NCBI GenBank assembly: GCA_937911345.1
Contig: CALDPP010000012.1
Location: forward strand, 361 to 64,360
DNA: 64,000 bases
Direction of reading: 5' to 3'
From: an uncultured euryarchaeote
GTDB taxonomy: Archaea > Thermoplasmatota > Poseidoniia > Poseidoniales > Poseidoniaceae
Part shown: positions 38,149 through 47,838 of the stretch, piece after piece
How positions within the stretch are numbered: position 1 is the first letter of the stretch
Layout: the number at the start of each line of letters is the position of its first letter
The notes under the pieces: model-generated
Database searches by the model: none
The model's input: only the letters and a program-made list of their open reading frames with translations
What the model was told of the DNA's origin: nothing
Position numbers and translations under genes: made by a program

Positions 38149-41100
38149 ATGGGCTACATGCTGATTTATTTGAGGCGAGGCTTGAATAAATATAATCTAA
38201 CGACAGGGCATATGTCTGATGACGCTGGTGAGGAAAAAGAATCCCCCAGTAAAGACGGTTCTAGAGATGAAATAATCAGGAAACGGTCCTTTTCTCGGGC
38301 TCGTGGAATCGATATATCGTCATTCATGGTTGATGATGAGAGCAAAACCGAAACCACGGATATCGTCGAAAAGGCAGAAGTTGAACAAGATATAGCAATG
38401 GGGGAAATTGCTGAAATCTTCTCAAAAGGGGGCGAGGATTTTGACCGCCCTGGGGCAATCCAAAAAGATGGTACTGTAAAGACGGCCCCTGAAAACGATA
38501 GTGTTACTGATCTAGCTGTTCATGGCGAAAAACGATTAGGTTTTGGTCTGTTGATTGCAATGATATTCTCATGGTCCTTAATCGGGACTATTGTTGGTAC
38601 AGTATTAGATCCAATTCTCGGAGCGATTGGTCTCACTGTAATGGCCGTAGTTGGACTTTACCTAGGTGAAAAATGGATACCAAACCCAAATATGAGAATA
38701 CTAGGGGTAACTTGGGTAATCATTTCAATGAAATTGATCTATGGATTGGTACTAGATTTGTGGCATTGGGGGTGGTTAGATGACTTTTCTTTTGCCAATG
38801 AAAATGACATCTTAGGTGCGCTGCTACTATTAGGCGTAGTATTGAACATTGGAATTGCTCAGCGGCATGATGAAGATGCTATTGCCGCCCAAGCGACATT
38901 GATTTTGTTGGTTGTTGGAAGTGCTGCAGGCGCAATTTATGGTGAATTTGGTGTTGCCATAATGATTGGGATTGGGACTATTTTGTTACATGGTCTTGCG
39001 ATTGTGAGAAATTCAGGAAATCTGGCAAGCATGGGCATAGCTGTGTCATATCTTTGGGTAGGTGTTCATGCAATATCGAATAATTGGGAGTTTTTCGGAC
39101 TGGAAATATTGCCTTTCGAGGATGAATTGTTGTTATTCTTGCTAATGGTTTGTGTTACTGCAACAAATTCGACAATGGCTGCCATGTTTGTCAACAAAGA
39201 TAACTGGTTCTCTGATGCATTCAAATCTCTTGGACTTGGAAAACCTGGTCTGTGGTCGGTTTCTGTAGGATTAGGTATGATTGGCGCATTGTTGGCAGTA
39301 GCTGCTAATCGACTTGAAACTGGATATGCTCTGGCACAGTTGGTACTTCTCCTAACTGCATTCAGCGCCTCTTATCTTATTGTTAGAGGAGTTGAATGGC
39401 CTAGGTTATTACCATTAATTGTGCTTCCAGCACCGATTCTATTGTTTGCACTAGCAATATTAGAAAGCGGAATTATCGAGTTGAGTTTGCCATATGGGCT
39501 TAGGCCATACAGCATCTATGCAGCAATTACCGCCGCTTTGACTGCTGGTGCTTTGCTAAGAAATCAAACTGCGGTCTCAGACCATGTATTGTGGGCTGGT
39601 GGATTACTGATTGTAGTTTTACTGACTTTACTCATCCCGGCTAATGATGCGGGGAGTGGTGCAAGAACATTGTTGGTTAGTCAAGGATTAGTATGGGTCG
39701 GTTTAGCTCAATTATCTATGTACAGAGACTCTCCTTCAATCGCTGGAACCGCAGTTGTAGGTCCATGGTTATGGCTTCTATTCTTTGCTACTGATGCCGA
39801 AAGCCGTCTTGTTTCCGCAGATTATGTGCCAATTCTAATCGAGCAGTATGATCTTGCAATATGGATGATAGTGCTATTGTCACAGCAGATTTGGGTCAAT
39901 ATGAAGCATGGCGATACTGGATTCAATCTAGCCTCTAAACTGAGCGGTATGTCTGAATTGGGTGCTAGATTAAGAGACTCTGAGGTTCTCCAATTGTGGA
40001 ATTTGAGTTTCCTACTAGCACTATTTGTTACATGGGCGATAACTAGGCCTGGTGCACTACCAGCCATTGGTTTGTTTGGAGTATTGGTGTTATTGATGAT
40101 TAGTCACGCTATAATGGTCTTATTTGACAAGCACAAAGGGAGGCCGCGGTCATTGATGACAATCTGGGGAGTTTCGGTTATTGCACTATCTTGGACATAC
40201 GGGCAGCAAGGGATTTGGGCAATCACCCTAGTTATTACCAGTGCAATACTCCTAATCTCATCGGACAGAATGAAACGTTCAGGTGTTTCTGATGAATTAT
40301 TACAGAAGGCAGAAGCTTTGCCAGGGCAATTGCTCACTTTGATGATGGGATTACTATCCGGATTATTCATCATAATAGCCCTTGAACCACTCAATTTGAT
40401 GGAGTTGGATGGTAGCTCCTTACTCCCGGATGAAAGTTTTAATCTTTACACGCTGACTGGAATTACTTTAGTCGGGCTGGTTCTCTATTTAAGGAGAGCT
40501 GCGACTGTTGAAAAATTATTACCACCAGCAATTTCTGCAGTAGGCTTACTGGCTGTGATGGCGATTACTGCACAAGTTAAAGACTCTGCAATAGTACTCT
40601 TAGCGACCGTCTTGGCGTTCATTGGATCTGGAGCATATCTAGCGGTACAGGGAGAATTTAGAAGTGAAATGCGCTCAATCGCTAAGAAAGAAGAGCGTTT
40701 GTTAAGAATTGAAGAAAAGCAGGCCCGTCTTCAGAGATTTGTTGAAGCCCAAGTTGAACAAAAAGGCGAATCTGCGACTAACATAGAAGGTCAAGACACT
40801 AAATCAAAATTAAAGATGATCGATGTCGAAATGTTGGATTTGGTTGAAAAACAGAGAAAAAGAGCCAAACGGGCTGGTACGTCAGGTGAATACGACCTAG
40901 AACTTGGTGACATCCATCACAGACCTGTCATCGTAATTGCCTTCTTGATTACAACTATTTTAGCATCAACATACCTGTCATTTACAAGTTCGCTCTCTTA
41001 CCTGATTCTGGCGTTTTGTGTTGTAGTTTCAATATTATTCATCGCTCTTGCTAGAATTAGAGCTAATGATATTGGCCTTAGGCTGCCTGATATTGCCGGC

Positions 41101-42105
41101 ATAGAATTACCAATTGCTATCTCTATGGGCGGACTTGTTTTGGTTCATTTGGCTGGTAGGATTTCGGATTCAGTTGTCGGATTGGATGATGCAAAACACC
41201 TAGCAGTGATAACCGTAGGGCTATGTGTACTTGCTGGAATCGGTTTGATTGGTCGCAACGACCTGGGTTTACGCATCCCCAATGCGGTTGAAGGTATCGT
41301 CTATCTTTTGGCCTTAGACAGAGTGTTTGCTCTAATTATTGGAGGTGAGGTCCCGATTATGTATCGAGTTGATCCGTTTGATGGAAGTTTGGTGGATTGG
41401 ACATTGCCCTTGCTATTTGTCGAATTTGTTCTGCTCGCCTGTGTATTTGCTTATGATTGGGTAGAAAAACAGCGTTTGATGCGCGGCTTAGAAGATCATA
41501 GAGGGGCCGTTGGTCGCTCTGCATGGGTGATTTTTGCGGGCCTAATCTCTGTTGGATTCGCTGGCGTACTGGCAATCATATTAGTAATTAGACGCAGTTG
41601 GAACTGGACTCAGCCTGCTGCTGTGATGGTTTCATGGTTGTTAGCACCAGTAGCAATTTCAGGGCTTATGTATTGGTCGATGGACTTGTTTGGTGTAGAG
41701 CCAATCGGAATACATGTACTAGCTACAGTGTTTGGAGCAGCATCGATATTCTTTGTGATTTGGTCGGTAGCGACAGATTCGGGTGTTTGGTTGGCTGCAG
41801 GGCTCTGGTCTGTACACTTGTTGCTGATACCATCTGGATTTGGTTGGAGTAGTTTGACCATTGTGGCAATATTGATGATTATTTGCTCGGCGACATCCTG
41901 GGTCAGCGGAATTTTGGTCATGAGAAAGTCATGGCGAGTATTTGGTGCCCTTGATATGGTGCTTGCTTGGATTGTTGCAATGGTTATGTTTAGTACAGGG
42001 GCAGGTATTGAAGCAATGCTAGCAATCCTGATTGCATCATCAGTACTACTAGGTATCGTGACATATCTCAATCAAACTTATGAAAAGCAAATCATCAACG
42101 GTTAA
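38149..42105 (+). CDS. Very large polytopic membrane protein (about 30 predicted TM helices) with an internal cytoplasmic coiled-coil segment; family unknown
   Basis: 1318 aa. Acidic N-terminal 110 aa (probable start 'MSDDAGEEKE', ~38212). Long runs of hydrophobic helices. A charged coiled coil 'RSEMRSIAKKEERLLRIEEKQARLQRFVEAQVEQKG' sits around 40650-40920 and is followed by more TM helices. Confidence 0.55.
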   Translation: MGYMLIYLRRGLNKYNLTTGHMSDDAGEEKESPSKDGSRDEIIRKRSFSRARGIDISSFMVDDESKTETTDIVEKAEVEQDIAMGEIAEIFSKGGEDFDRPGAIQKDGTVKTAPENDSVTDLAVHGEKRLGFGLLIAMIFSWSLIGTIVGTVLDPILGAIGLTVMAVVGLYLGEKWIPNPNMRILGVTWVIISMKLIYGLVLDLWHWGWLDDFSFANENDILGALLLLGVVLNIGIAQRHDEDAIAAQATLILLVVGSAAGAIYGEFGVAIMIGIGTILLHGLAIVRNSGNLASMGIAVSYLWVGVHAISNNWEFFGLEILPFEDELLLFLLMVCVTATNSTMAAMFVNKDNWFSDAFKSLGLGKPGLWSVSVGLGMIGALLAVAANRLETGYALAQLVLLLTAFSASYLIVRGVEWPRLLPLIVLPAPILLFALAILESGIIELSLPYGLRPYSIYAAITAALTAGALLRNQTAVSDHVLWAGGLLIVVLLTLLIPANDAGSGARTLLVSQGLVWVGLAQLSMYRDSPSIAGTAVVGPWLWLLFFATDAESRLVSADYVPILIEQYDLAIWMIVLLSQQIWVNMKHGDTGFNLASKLSGMSELGARLRDSEVLQLWNLSFLLALFVTWAITRPGALPAIGLFGVLVLLMISHAIMVLFDKHKGRPRSLMTIWGVSVIALSWTYGQQGIWAITLVITSAILLISSDRMKRSGVSDELLQKAEALPGQLLTLMMGLLSGLFIIIALEPLNLMELDGSSLLPDESFNLYTLTGITLVGLVLYLRRAATVEKLLPPAISAVGLLAVMAITAQVKDSAIVLLATVLAFIGSGAYLAVQGEFRSEMRSIAKKEERLLRIEEKQARLQRFVEAQVEQKGESATNIEGQDTKSKLKMIDVEMLDLVEKQRKRAKRAGTSGEYDLELGDIHHRPVIVIAFLITTILASTYLSFTSSLSYLILAFCVVVSILFIALARIRANDIGLRLPDIAGIELPIAISMGGLVLVHLAGRISDSVVGLDDAKHLAVITVGLCVLAGIGLIGRNDLGLRIPNAVEGIVYLLALDRVFALIIGGEVPIMYRVDPFDGSLVDWTLPLLFVEFVLLACVFAYDWVEKQRLMRGLEDHRGAVGRSAWVIFAGLISVGFAGVLAIILVIRRSWNWTQPAAVMVSWLLAPVAISGLMYWSMDLFGVEPIGIHVLATVFGAASIFFVIWSVATDSGVWLAAGLWSVHLLLIPSGFGWSSLTIVAILMIICSATSWVSGILVMRKSWRVFGALDMVLAWIVAMVMFSTGAGIEAMLAILIASSVLLGIVTYLNQTYEKQIING

Positions 42106-43744
42106 TCATGTGCATTTCAAGTAAGTCACAAGCCTCGTTAATGGCTTCTTGAATCCCGACATTACTGCCGCCATACTCCAAACGGGCCGACACTGAAATC
42201 TTCGCCTGCGTACCACTATTCCTTACTCCAATCGAAAGTTTTGCTTCACCGTACAAGCAGTTAATCAACATCAAATTAGGCTCTCCGGGAATTGTTGTTC
42301 TATGCCACTGTGATACCAAATTAAATTCTGATAATTTATCGAATAATGATTTTTCAATGACATCTGATAATTTGTTGTTGCCATTCCATTTACCTCTATC
42401 GACATCTTTTACCGATTGGCGTTGTTTCCAGCCCCTGTCCATTAACTTCGATTCGTCTAGTTTTGTTGTCGCAAGCAGGTATGCAACCAAGGTCATTGCT
42501 CCATCACCAACAAGAGACCATGCTGACTCATGATTTGGGTGTGGTGATGCTAGTACAACATGCCCCGAATCCTCAACTCCAAGAACACTTGGCATTGAAG
42601 AATTAGTGATGAATTCATTGATTTGGTTATTTGATAAATTGAATGATAGCCACCGATCGCCAACTGCTGTTTCGTTAGCGGTAACTTGCGTTGGAAACCG
42701 ATTAAGATTGGTTGTCAATGAAAGATCTGATTCAATGCTAGCTGCTAGGCTCCAATCTTTACCGGAATTTGTAACGCTATTGAGAAATGTGTCAGCAATT
42801 CGATCGCCATCAATCACTTTGAATCCATGTTGCGTTGCCTCAATCAGTAAACATCTATCCCCATCGCCATCAAGTGCTGCAGCAACTAATGTACCAGGTT
42901 TTGATTGAGAGAGTTGATTAATTAAAATGTGAGGTGATTCTTTGGCCTCTACAAATGTCCATTCTTGTGTCGGAGAAAAGTCGCCTGCGCCGCAATTATC
43001 GTTCAAGTCCGTCGCCTCGTCGCTGACTTCTACCGCTTGGACCCCGTTACTCGAGAGCCAATCTGCTAGCCAAAACCGGCCAACTCCCTTTGAGGAGTCT
43101 ACCAGCAGTGGTTGGTGGATATTTTTTGCCTGGGAAATATCTCGTTGAATCAAACCGGCAAGGATTTGGTAACGACGTGAAAGCCAATGAGGATGATTGT
43201 TTTTGGACCATTCTGCTAAATTATGAGATATTGAGGGTTGACTCAACCTTTCACTATCGATTGAGTCAATTTCCCTTTCCTCTTGAGAGAGAGAGATTGC
43301 ATTACGAGAAAGTTGTTCCTCGAATTCTGGCGTGGTCTTGTAGCCGTATTTTGAAAATATTTTCAAGCCAGAATCATCTACTGGATTGTGACTAGCAGTA
43401 ATCATACAACCAAAATCTGCATTGAAAGAAAGTGTTGCATAATGTAGTGTAGGCGTTGCACACAATCCAATATGTACAACTTCAAAATCCGCAAGATTTA
43501 GTCCAACTGTTAGATGACCTGCTAACAGATTGTTTGCCGGCCGATCATCCCAACCAACAACTACGCGTGGTTTTTTGTGAGGATCAAATTCAGCAGAGCG
43601 CCCTAACGATTCACCAATTAATCTCAACACTGGAGGTGAAAACTCGCGATGCTCAATCAAGCGAGTTATTGCTTCCTCCTCATTGGCAATATCTATGTTC
43701 ACCTTTCCTCGAATACCATCTGTGCCAAATAGATTAACACTCAT
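42095..43744 (-). CDS. Phosphoglucomutase/phosphomannomutase-family phosphohexose mutase
   Basis: N-terminal 'LFGTDGIRGKV' and the active-site serine loop 'ITASHNP'. 549 aa. Confidence 0.7.
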   Translation of the reverse strand: MSVNLFGTDGIRGKVNIDIANEEEAITRLIEHREFSPPVLRLIGESLGRSAEFDPHKKPRVVVGWDDRPANNLLAGHLTVGLNLADFEVVHIGLCATPTLHYATLSFNADFGCMITASHNPVDDSGLKIFSKYGYKTTPEFEEQLSRNAISLSQEEREIDSIDSERLSQPSISHNLAEWSKNNHPHWLSRRYQILAGLIQRDISQAKNIHQPLLVDSSKGVGRFWLADWLSSNGVQAVEVSDEATDLNDNCGAGDFSPTQEWTFVEAKESPHILINQLSQSKPGTLVAAALDGDGDRCLLIEATQHGFKVIDGDRIADTFLNSVTNSGKDWSLAASIESDLSLTTNLNRFPTQVTANETAVGDRWLSFNLSNNQINEFITNSSMPSVLGVEDSGHVVLASPHPNHESAWSLVGDGAMTLVAYLLATTKLDESKLMDRGWKQRQSVKDVDRGKWNGNNKLSDVIEKSLFDKLSEFNLVSQWHRTTIPGEPNLMLINCLYGEAKLSIGVRNSGTQAKISVSARLEYGGSNVGIQEAINEACDLLEMHMINR

Positions 43745-43748
43745 TCAA

Positions 43749-44456
43749 TCACCTATGGGTTGATGATTGGTCGTGGATTCCAGTTACTGTAACATTTGGC
43801 CAAACAATACTGTTGATGCCTAACACCGTTCCTGGATTTGTAACTGCATTGCAACCTAATTGGCAACCCTCGCCAAGTATCGCACCAAACTTTCTCAGAC
43901 CGCTGCCAATCCTTGAGTCGCCGACCCTCAAGTATACTTCCGTGCCGTCATTTCTTAAATTGCTCAATTTTACTCCAGCGCCTAAGTTGACTGATTTACC
44001 AAGTATTGAATCTCCCACATAATTGAAATGTGGAGCTTTGGAATGCGGTAATAAGATTGAATGTTTGACTTCAGAACAATGGCCTACCAAGGCTGAAGAG
44101 CAAATCCAAGCATTTTCTCTGATGTAGGCTCCATGTCTAATTATCGCATCTTTACCGACAAAACATGGTCCGATAAAGTGTGTTGACGGTTCAATTACTG
44201 CCCCTGACTCAATCATTACTCGACCCTTAGATTCGTCGTAGGTGACAGTTTCTGGGAGTTTGCTTAGATCTATCAAATCTAGCTCGCTAGTCTCAAGTAC
44301 CCTCATTTGATGTTTTAGATTGTGTTCCTTATCTTCCGCGAAAATTTGCCAAACGGGTTCCTCTGTTGGAAGCGTTGGTATGAGCCACGCACTCTGTTCG
44401 GTTAGGCTAGGAAACAGCGAATTCGCAAAAGCGTGACTGGGCCATTCCATAGCCAT
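43749..44456 (-). CDS. Left-handed beta-helix (hexapeptide-repeat) protein, likely a sugar-nucleotide acyl/nucleotidyl-transferase partner
   Basis: Tandem imperfect hexapeptide repeats ('IGPCFVGKDAIIRHGAYIRENAWICSSALVGHCSEV ... GKSVNLGAGVKLSN ...'). Immediately upstream of the PGM/PMM gene. Confidence 0.5.
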   Translation of the reverse strand: MAMEWPSHAFANSLFPSLTEQSAWLIPTLPTEEPVWQIFAEDKEHNLKHQMRVLETSELDLIDLSKLPETVTYDESKGRVMIESGAVIEPSTHFIGPCFVGKDAIIRHGAYIRENAWICSSALVGHCSEVKHSILLPHSKAPHFNYVGDSILGKSVNLGAGVKLSNLRNDGTEVYLRVGDSRIGSGLRKFGAILGEGCQLGCNAVTNPGTVLGINSIVWPNVTVTGIHDQSSTHR

Positions 44457-44487
44457 GCGAAATGGTTAATCAAAATGAATCTGCCGT

Positions 44488-44811
44488 TTATGCAGCAAGC
44501 CTGTAAAGGCGTTTGCCTGTAGAATTGTCAAGTTTGAATCCCACAAGATCAGATAGGTACCTTGGAATAAATAGCCCTACTTTTCTTGTTGTAAGGCCAT
44601 GATTACGCATTCTTCGCTCATTTGAGAGATAATGAACTATGTCCGCAGCAGAACAATCTGGTACAACTGCAATATATTCTACAATCTCTTCTTTGAGGCG
44701 TTCTAGTCTGGCTTCTTTCTGTGAACCTTTTCCTCTCATTTGTATCATATATACATTGTATTTGATGATATATAATCGGGCTATTGGGGAATCCACGGGA
44801 GCCCTAAACAA
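44488..44811 (-). CDS. Hypothetical small basic protein (possible winged-helix-like)
   Basis: ORF only. 8-nt overlap with the upstream gene. Probable start at 'MIQMRGKG' or 'MRGKG'. Confidence 0.3.
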   Translation of the reverse strand: MFRAPVDSPIARLYIIKYNVYMIQMRGKGSQKEARLERLKEEIVEYIAVVPDCSAADIVHYLSNERRMRNHGLTTRKVGLFIPRYLSDLVGFKLDNSTGKRLYRLAA

Positions 44812-45613
44812 TATCTAGAATATCCTGCCAACGCTTCGAAGAGCCACGTCGGAAATAGTTGGTATGAAATTCTCTCTGACCAACATGTATGCAGCGTATG
44901 ATTTTGCCTCTGCTATCATAACAACCATAGTTGGTATGTATTGGAATCATGACTTGCGATATATCGAATGATGGTCCATTGGCTTCTGGTTCTTCATCGG
45001 TGCAAGTTTCTGTTTTACCGTCCCATGTGATTGATTCTACAGATGGGTGTTTTAATTGTAGATCATTTTCAACCCTTATGAGGCCTTCATTTGCTTTCAC
45101 TCCCCGCCAATCACCCCGTTTACCATTGTTCAACCAAGTAACCATTGTCTTCATCTGCGACAATGTAGCAAACGCGAGATGGGTAACTTCCCACCAGCCA
45201 GGTGTTCTTGCTAAGGTAACATGATGAATTCCTGGTCTTACCATTCTACTGTCAAGTCCATCTGCATAGGTTCGGCAAAGACCGGTTATCCTAACACATA
45301 TCACCGGAATAATACCTAACTTTAGCCTTGACAATTGGAAAGGGTTAGCCAATTCTCCTAGCAACAAGATTGGCATTCTATCTTCAAGGTTTGACGAAGA
45401 ATTTGATGATAAAAACTCACCAAGTGTTGAATCTCCAACGCTTGCTTGAGAGATTTTTTGTTTCAATTCATCGATTTGAATTTCTCCGCCATCGTTTAGA
45501 TTAAATTCTAATGGTAACAAATCAATATCGGTGGACACAAATGGAGATTTAGGTAGTGGTTGGGGGGAATTATTTGGCGTATACTGCCAATGTGATGCTC
45601 TCATTTTCTCCAT
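44804..45613 (-). CDS. Hypothetical protein, 269 aa, no recognisable motifs
   Basis: Long open frame in an AT-rich genome. Shares an operon arrangement with neighbours. Confidence 0.4.
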   Translation of the reverse strand: MEKMRASHWQYTPNNSPQPLPKSPFVSTDIDLLPLEFNLNDGGEIQIDELKQKISQASVGDSTLGEFLSSNSSSNLEDRMPILLLGELANPFQLSRLKLGIIPVICVRITGLCRTYADGLDSRMVRPGIHHVTLARTPGWWEVTHLAFATLSQMKTMVTWLNNGKRGDWRGVKANEGLIRVENDLQLKHPSVESITWDGKTETCTDEEPEANGPSFDISQVMIPIHTNYGCYDSRGKIIRCIHVGQREFHTNYFRRGSSKRWQDILDIV

Positions 45614-45651
45614 CGTTTATCCCTACTGGTAGATATTATTGAAATCGCCGC

Positions 45652-46029
45652 TTATTCTAGAAAGGTGTTTTCTTGGAAACATTGTGGGCATGTTACCTTT
45701 ATCGGCCTTATCGAAGGAATGCCTAACGCAGCTCCGCAGCCAGGACAGTTGATTGCTTGACTCACTTGCTGCCTTCTTTGTGATGCGTCTGGGCTTGGGT
45801 CATACTCAAAGCGATGGTTTGACTGGACTGAAATATTCGTGTTAATCGATGGATTGGAGTTTCCTGTTTGATGAATATGTTGTTGATGAAGGGGTTGATT
45901 TGGTAGCATTCCAATAACTTGGTTTGCGCTAAGCCCATACTTATTACCAATGTTTGTTGCCTGTAAATTCAGTTCATAACCAGAGAGACTCATTAGCAGG
46001 TCATACTCATCTGGTGAAATAATGGTCAT
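45652..46029 (-). CDS. Small zinc-ribbon protein
   Basis: C-terminal 'CPGCGA ... (x16) ... CPQC' four-Cys zinc-ribbon. The N-terminal half is Gln/Asn-rich. Confidence 0.4.
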   Translation of the reverse strand: MTIISPDEYDLLMSLSGYELNLQATNIGNKYGLSANQVIGMLPNQPLHQQHIHQTGNSNPSINTNISVQSNHRFEYDPSPDASQRRQQVSQAINCPGCGAALGIPSIRPIKVTCPQCFQENTFLE

Positions 46030-46173
46030 GTTGTTGCCACATCGAAAAACGTTTTAGATAGTTTAGATGGTTTGATTACTGATATATTGTAATTCAAGTC
46101 GGCTAAAATATGATATATATATTGAAAGAGTTCAAAAGCAACAGGGTTCGGCGATGGGCTGAGGAACCTAGGG
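46030..46173. promoter_or_regulatory. Divergent promoter region (AT-rich, 'ATATATATATT')
   Basis: 144-nt gap between divergent genes, with TATA-like runs on both strands. Confidence 0.2.
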
Positions 46174-46656
46174 ATGAGTAGATCTAAGATGAAAAAATCT
46201 TCACGAAGTAAATCTGAGAAAATGACGCCTCAAGAGCGATCAAGAATCGTTCGAAGTATAACCTGTCGAGATACTATGACTGACGCCAATTGGGTATTTG
46301 CCCATGATACAATGGCAGATGTTTTGGATGATCTAACTCAAAATGACTGGGACCACGTTTTCGTTGTCAATAAGGAAGGAGTTCCAATGGGCAGAATTCA
46401 CGCCGTAGATGTCCTAAAAATCGTTGCTAAGAAGAATGTGGAACGTTCTGTCGCCTGGATGCTAAGTGTACCTGCTAAACAACTAATTAACCTCCCTCCA
46501 TTAACAGTCAAAACTAACACGCCACTGCTAAAAGCGGGAGCCCTAATGTTAACTCATGACTTAAACCAAATTGCTGTTGTTAACTCAGATGGCGTACTAG
46601 TTGGCGTAGTTGGCCACAAAACAATGGCAAAACACTTGCCCAGATTTATTCTGTAA
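46174..46656 (+). CDS. CBS-domain pair protein
   Basis: Two CBS-like modules ('HVFVVNKEGVPMGRIHAVDVLKIV', 'IAVVNSDGVLVGVVGHKTMAKHL'). Confidence 0.65.
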   Translation: MSRSKMKKSSRSKSEKMTPQERSRIVRSITCRDTMTDANWVFAHDTMADVLDDLTQNDWDHVFVVNKEGVPMGRIHAVDVLKIVAKKNVERSVAWMLSVPAKQLINLPPLTVKTNTPLLKAGALMLTHDLNQIAVVNSDGVLVGVVGHKTMAKHLPRFIL

Positions 46657-47784
46657 TCAGATGCCCCAATATCGCTCGGATTGGGCTTGTTTCGCTTGAA
46701 GCGAATTCTTGATTGTTGTAGCCATCCAAAGTACTACGACCCAGATTATCGGATAGAATAAATCGTCAAGAATTTGATTTACGCTAAACTCGTATGATTT
46801 ACCGTTCAGTACTTCCGTAGAAATTTGTAGTGCGGAATCGACAAACGAGTACACAACCATGCCAAATATGCTAAGGACAATTAATCTGCCTGAGAATGAC
46901 CCTCTCCTCAATCGCAAAAACATAAATCCAGCAGTTGATGTTAGAAACGCAATTACAATCCATGCTAAAGCTGCGTGTGTAACTTCCAACCAAAGTACGG
47001 ATGTAGTGCTATCAGATACTAACAGAGTATACTCTTGATAACCTTCTGCAACAGCAAATATTGCGCTAAATACTGTAGCCGTCCACAATAATGATGAGAA
47101 CATTGCCGCATCGGCATTGTCACGCATCTCTTGGATTACTCGATTAACCGTGGTTTCAATTCCTGCTCCTTTGCTAAATATATACAGTCCTGTGACCAGT
47201 GGTAGTGCGCCAATTACGATACCACCAATTTCAGCGGGCAGCATAATTCCTAAGCCCAATATTGCCAATACAAGCCCAAATGGAATCATGATTTTTGCCC
47301 GCCATTTTGGGTCTTCCAAGGCCTTAACAATGTAGTAATATGTTCCCTCGATACCCTTTGATTGTTTTACGATAATTTTCTCAACATGGTCAATTCTAAC
47401 CTGAGACTGAATAATTGGTAAAACTGACTCGTCCTCGGCTCCGTCGGTCACTAAAATTGCTTTATCTGGCTGAAAAGTTGTGACTATCTCTTCGAGTTGT
47501 GCCGCTATTGCCCGGTCTGACCTGATGCCAACTTTCTCATCTCCTGTTAGAATAGCAATCTCAACTTCATCATCATCCCCTAGTGACTCCGATAGGTTAT
47601 CGTGCTGCGATAATGCACCTAAAATAGCGTTGGTATCACTTTCCTCCGGATCTGCAATGCCGAGTTTTAACGCTGCTGTTAGAACTTGTCGTCGGCCTAC
47701 CACTGGCCCTCTAATTGCCGTTTTAATACCGAGATCATTGTCTCGGTCGACAGTCAAAACGAGAGTTCTAGTCATAATGTGCAC
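46657..47784 (-). CDS. Archaeal DUF373-family membrane protein
   Basis: N-terminal 'TLVLTVDRDNDLGIKTAI' matches the conserved DUF373 start, and the C-terminal half has multiple TM helices. Confidence 0.5.
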   Translation of the reverse strand: MHIMTRTLVLTVDRDNDLGIKTAIRGPVVGRRQVLTAALKLGIADPEESDTNAILGALSQHDNLSESLGDDDEVEIAILTGDEKVGIRSDRAIAAQLEEIVTTFQPDKAILVTDGAEDESVLPIIQSQVRIDHVEKIIVKQSKGIEGTYYYIVKALEDPKWRAKIMIPFGLVLAILGLGIMLPAEIGGIVIGALPLVTGLYIFSKGAGIETTVNRVIQEMRDNADAAMFSSLLWTATVFSAIFAVAEGYQEYTLLVSDSTTSVLWLEVTHAALAWIVIAFLTSTAGFMFLRLRRGSFSGRLIVLSIFGMVVYSFVDSALQISTEVLNGKSYEFSVNQILDDLFYPIIWVVVLWMATTIKNSLQAKQAQSERYWGI

Positions 47785-47838
47785 CGTTGGTTGTAGACGC
47801 TAGTATGTTCTACATTTCAAATCCTTCGCGCGAATTCC

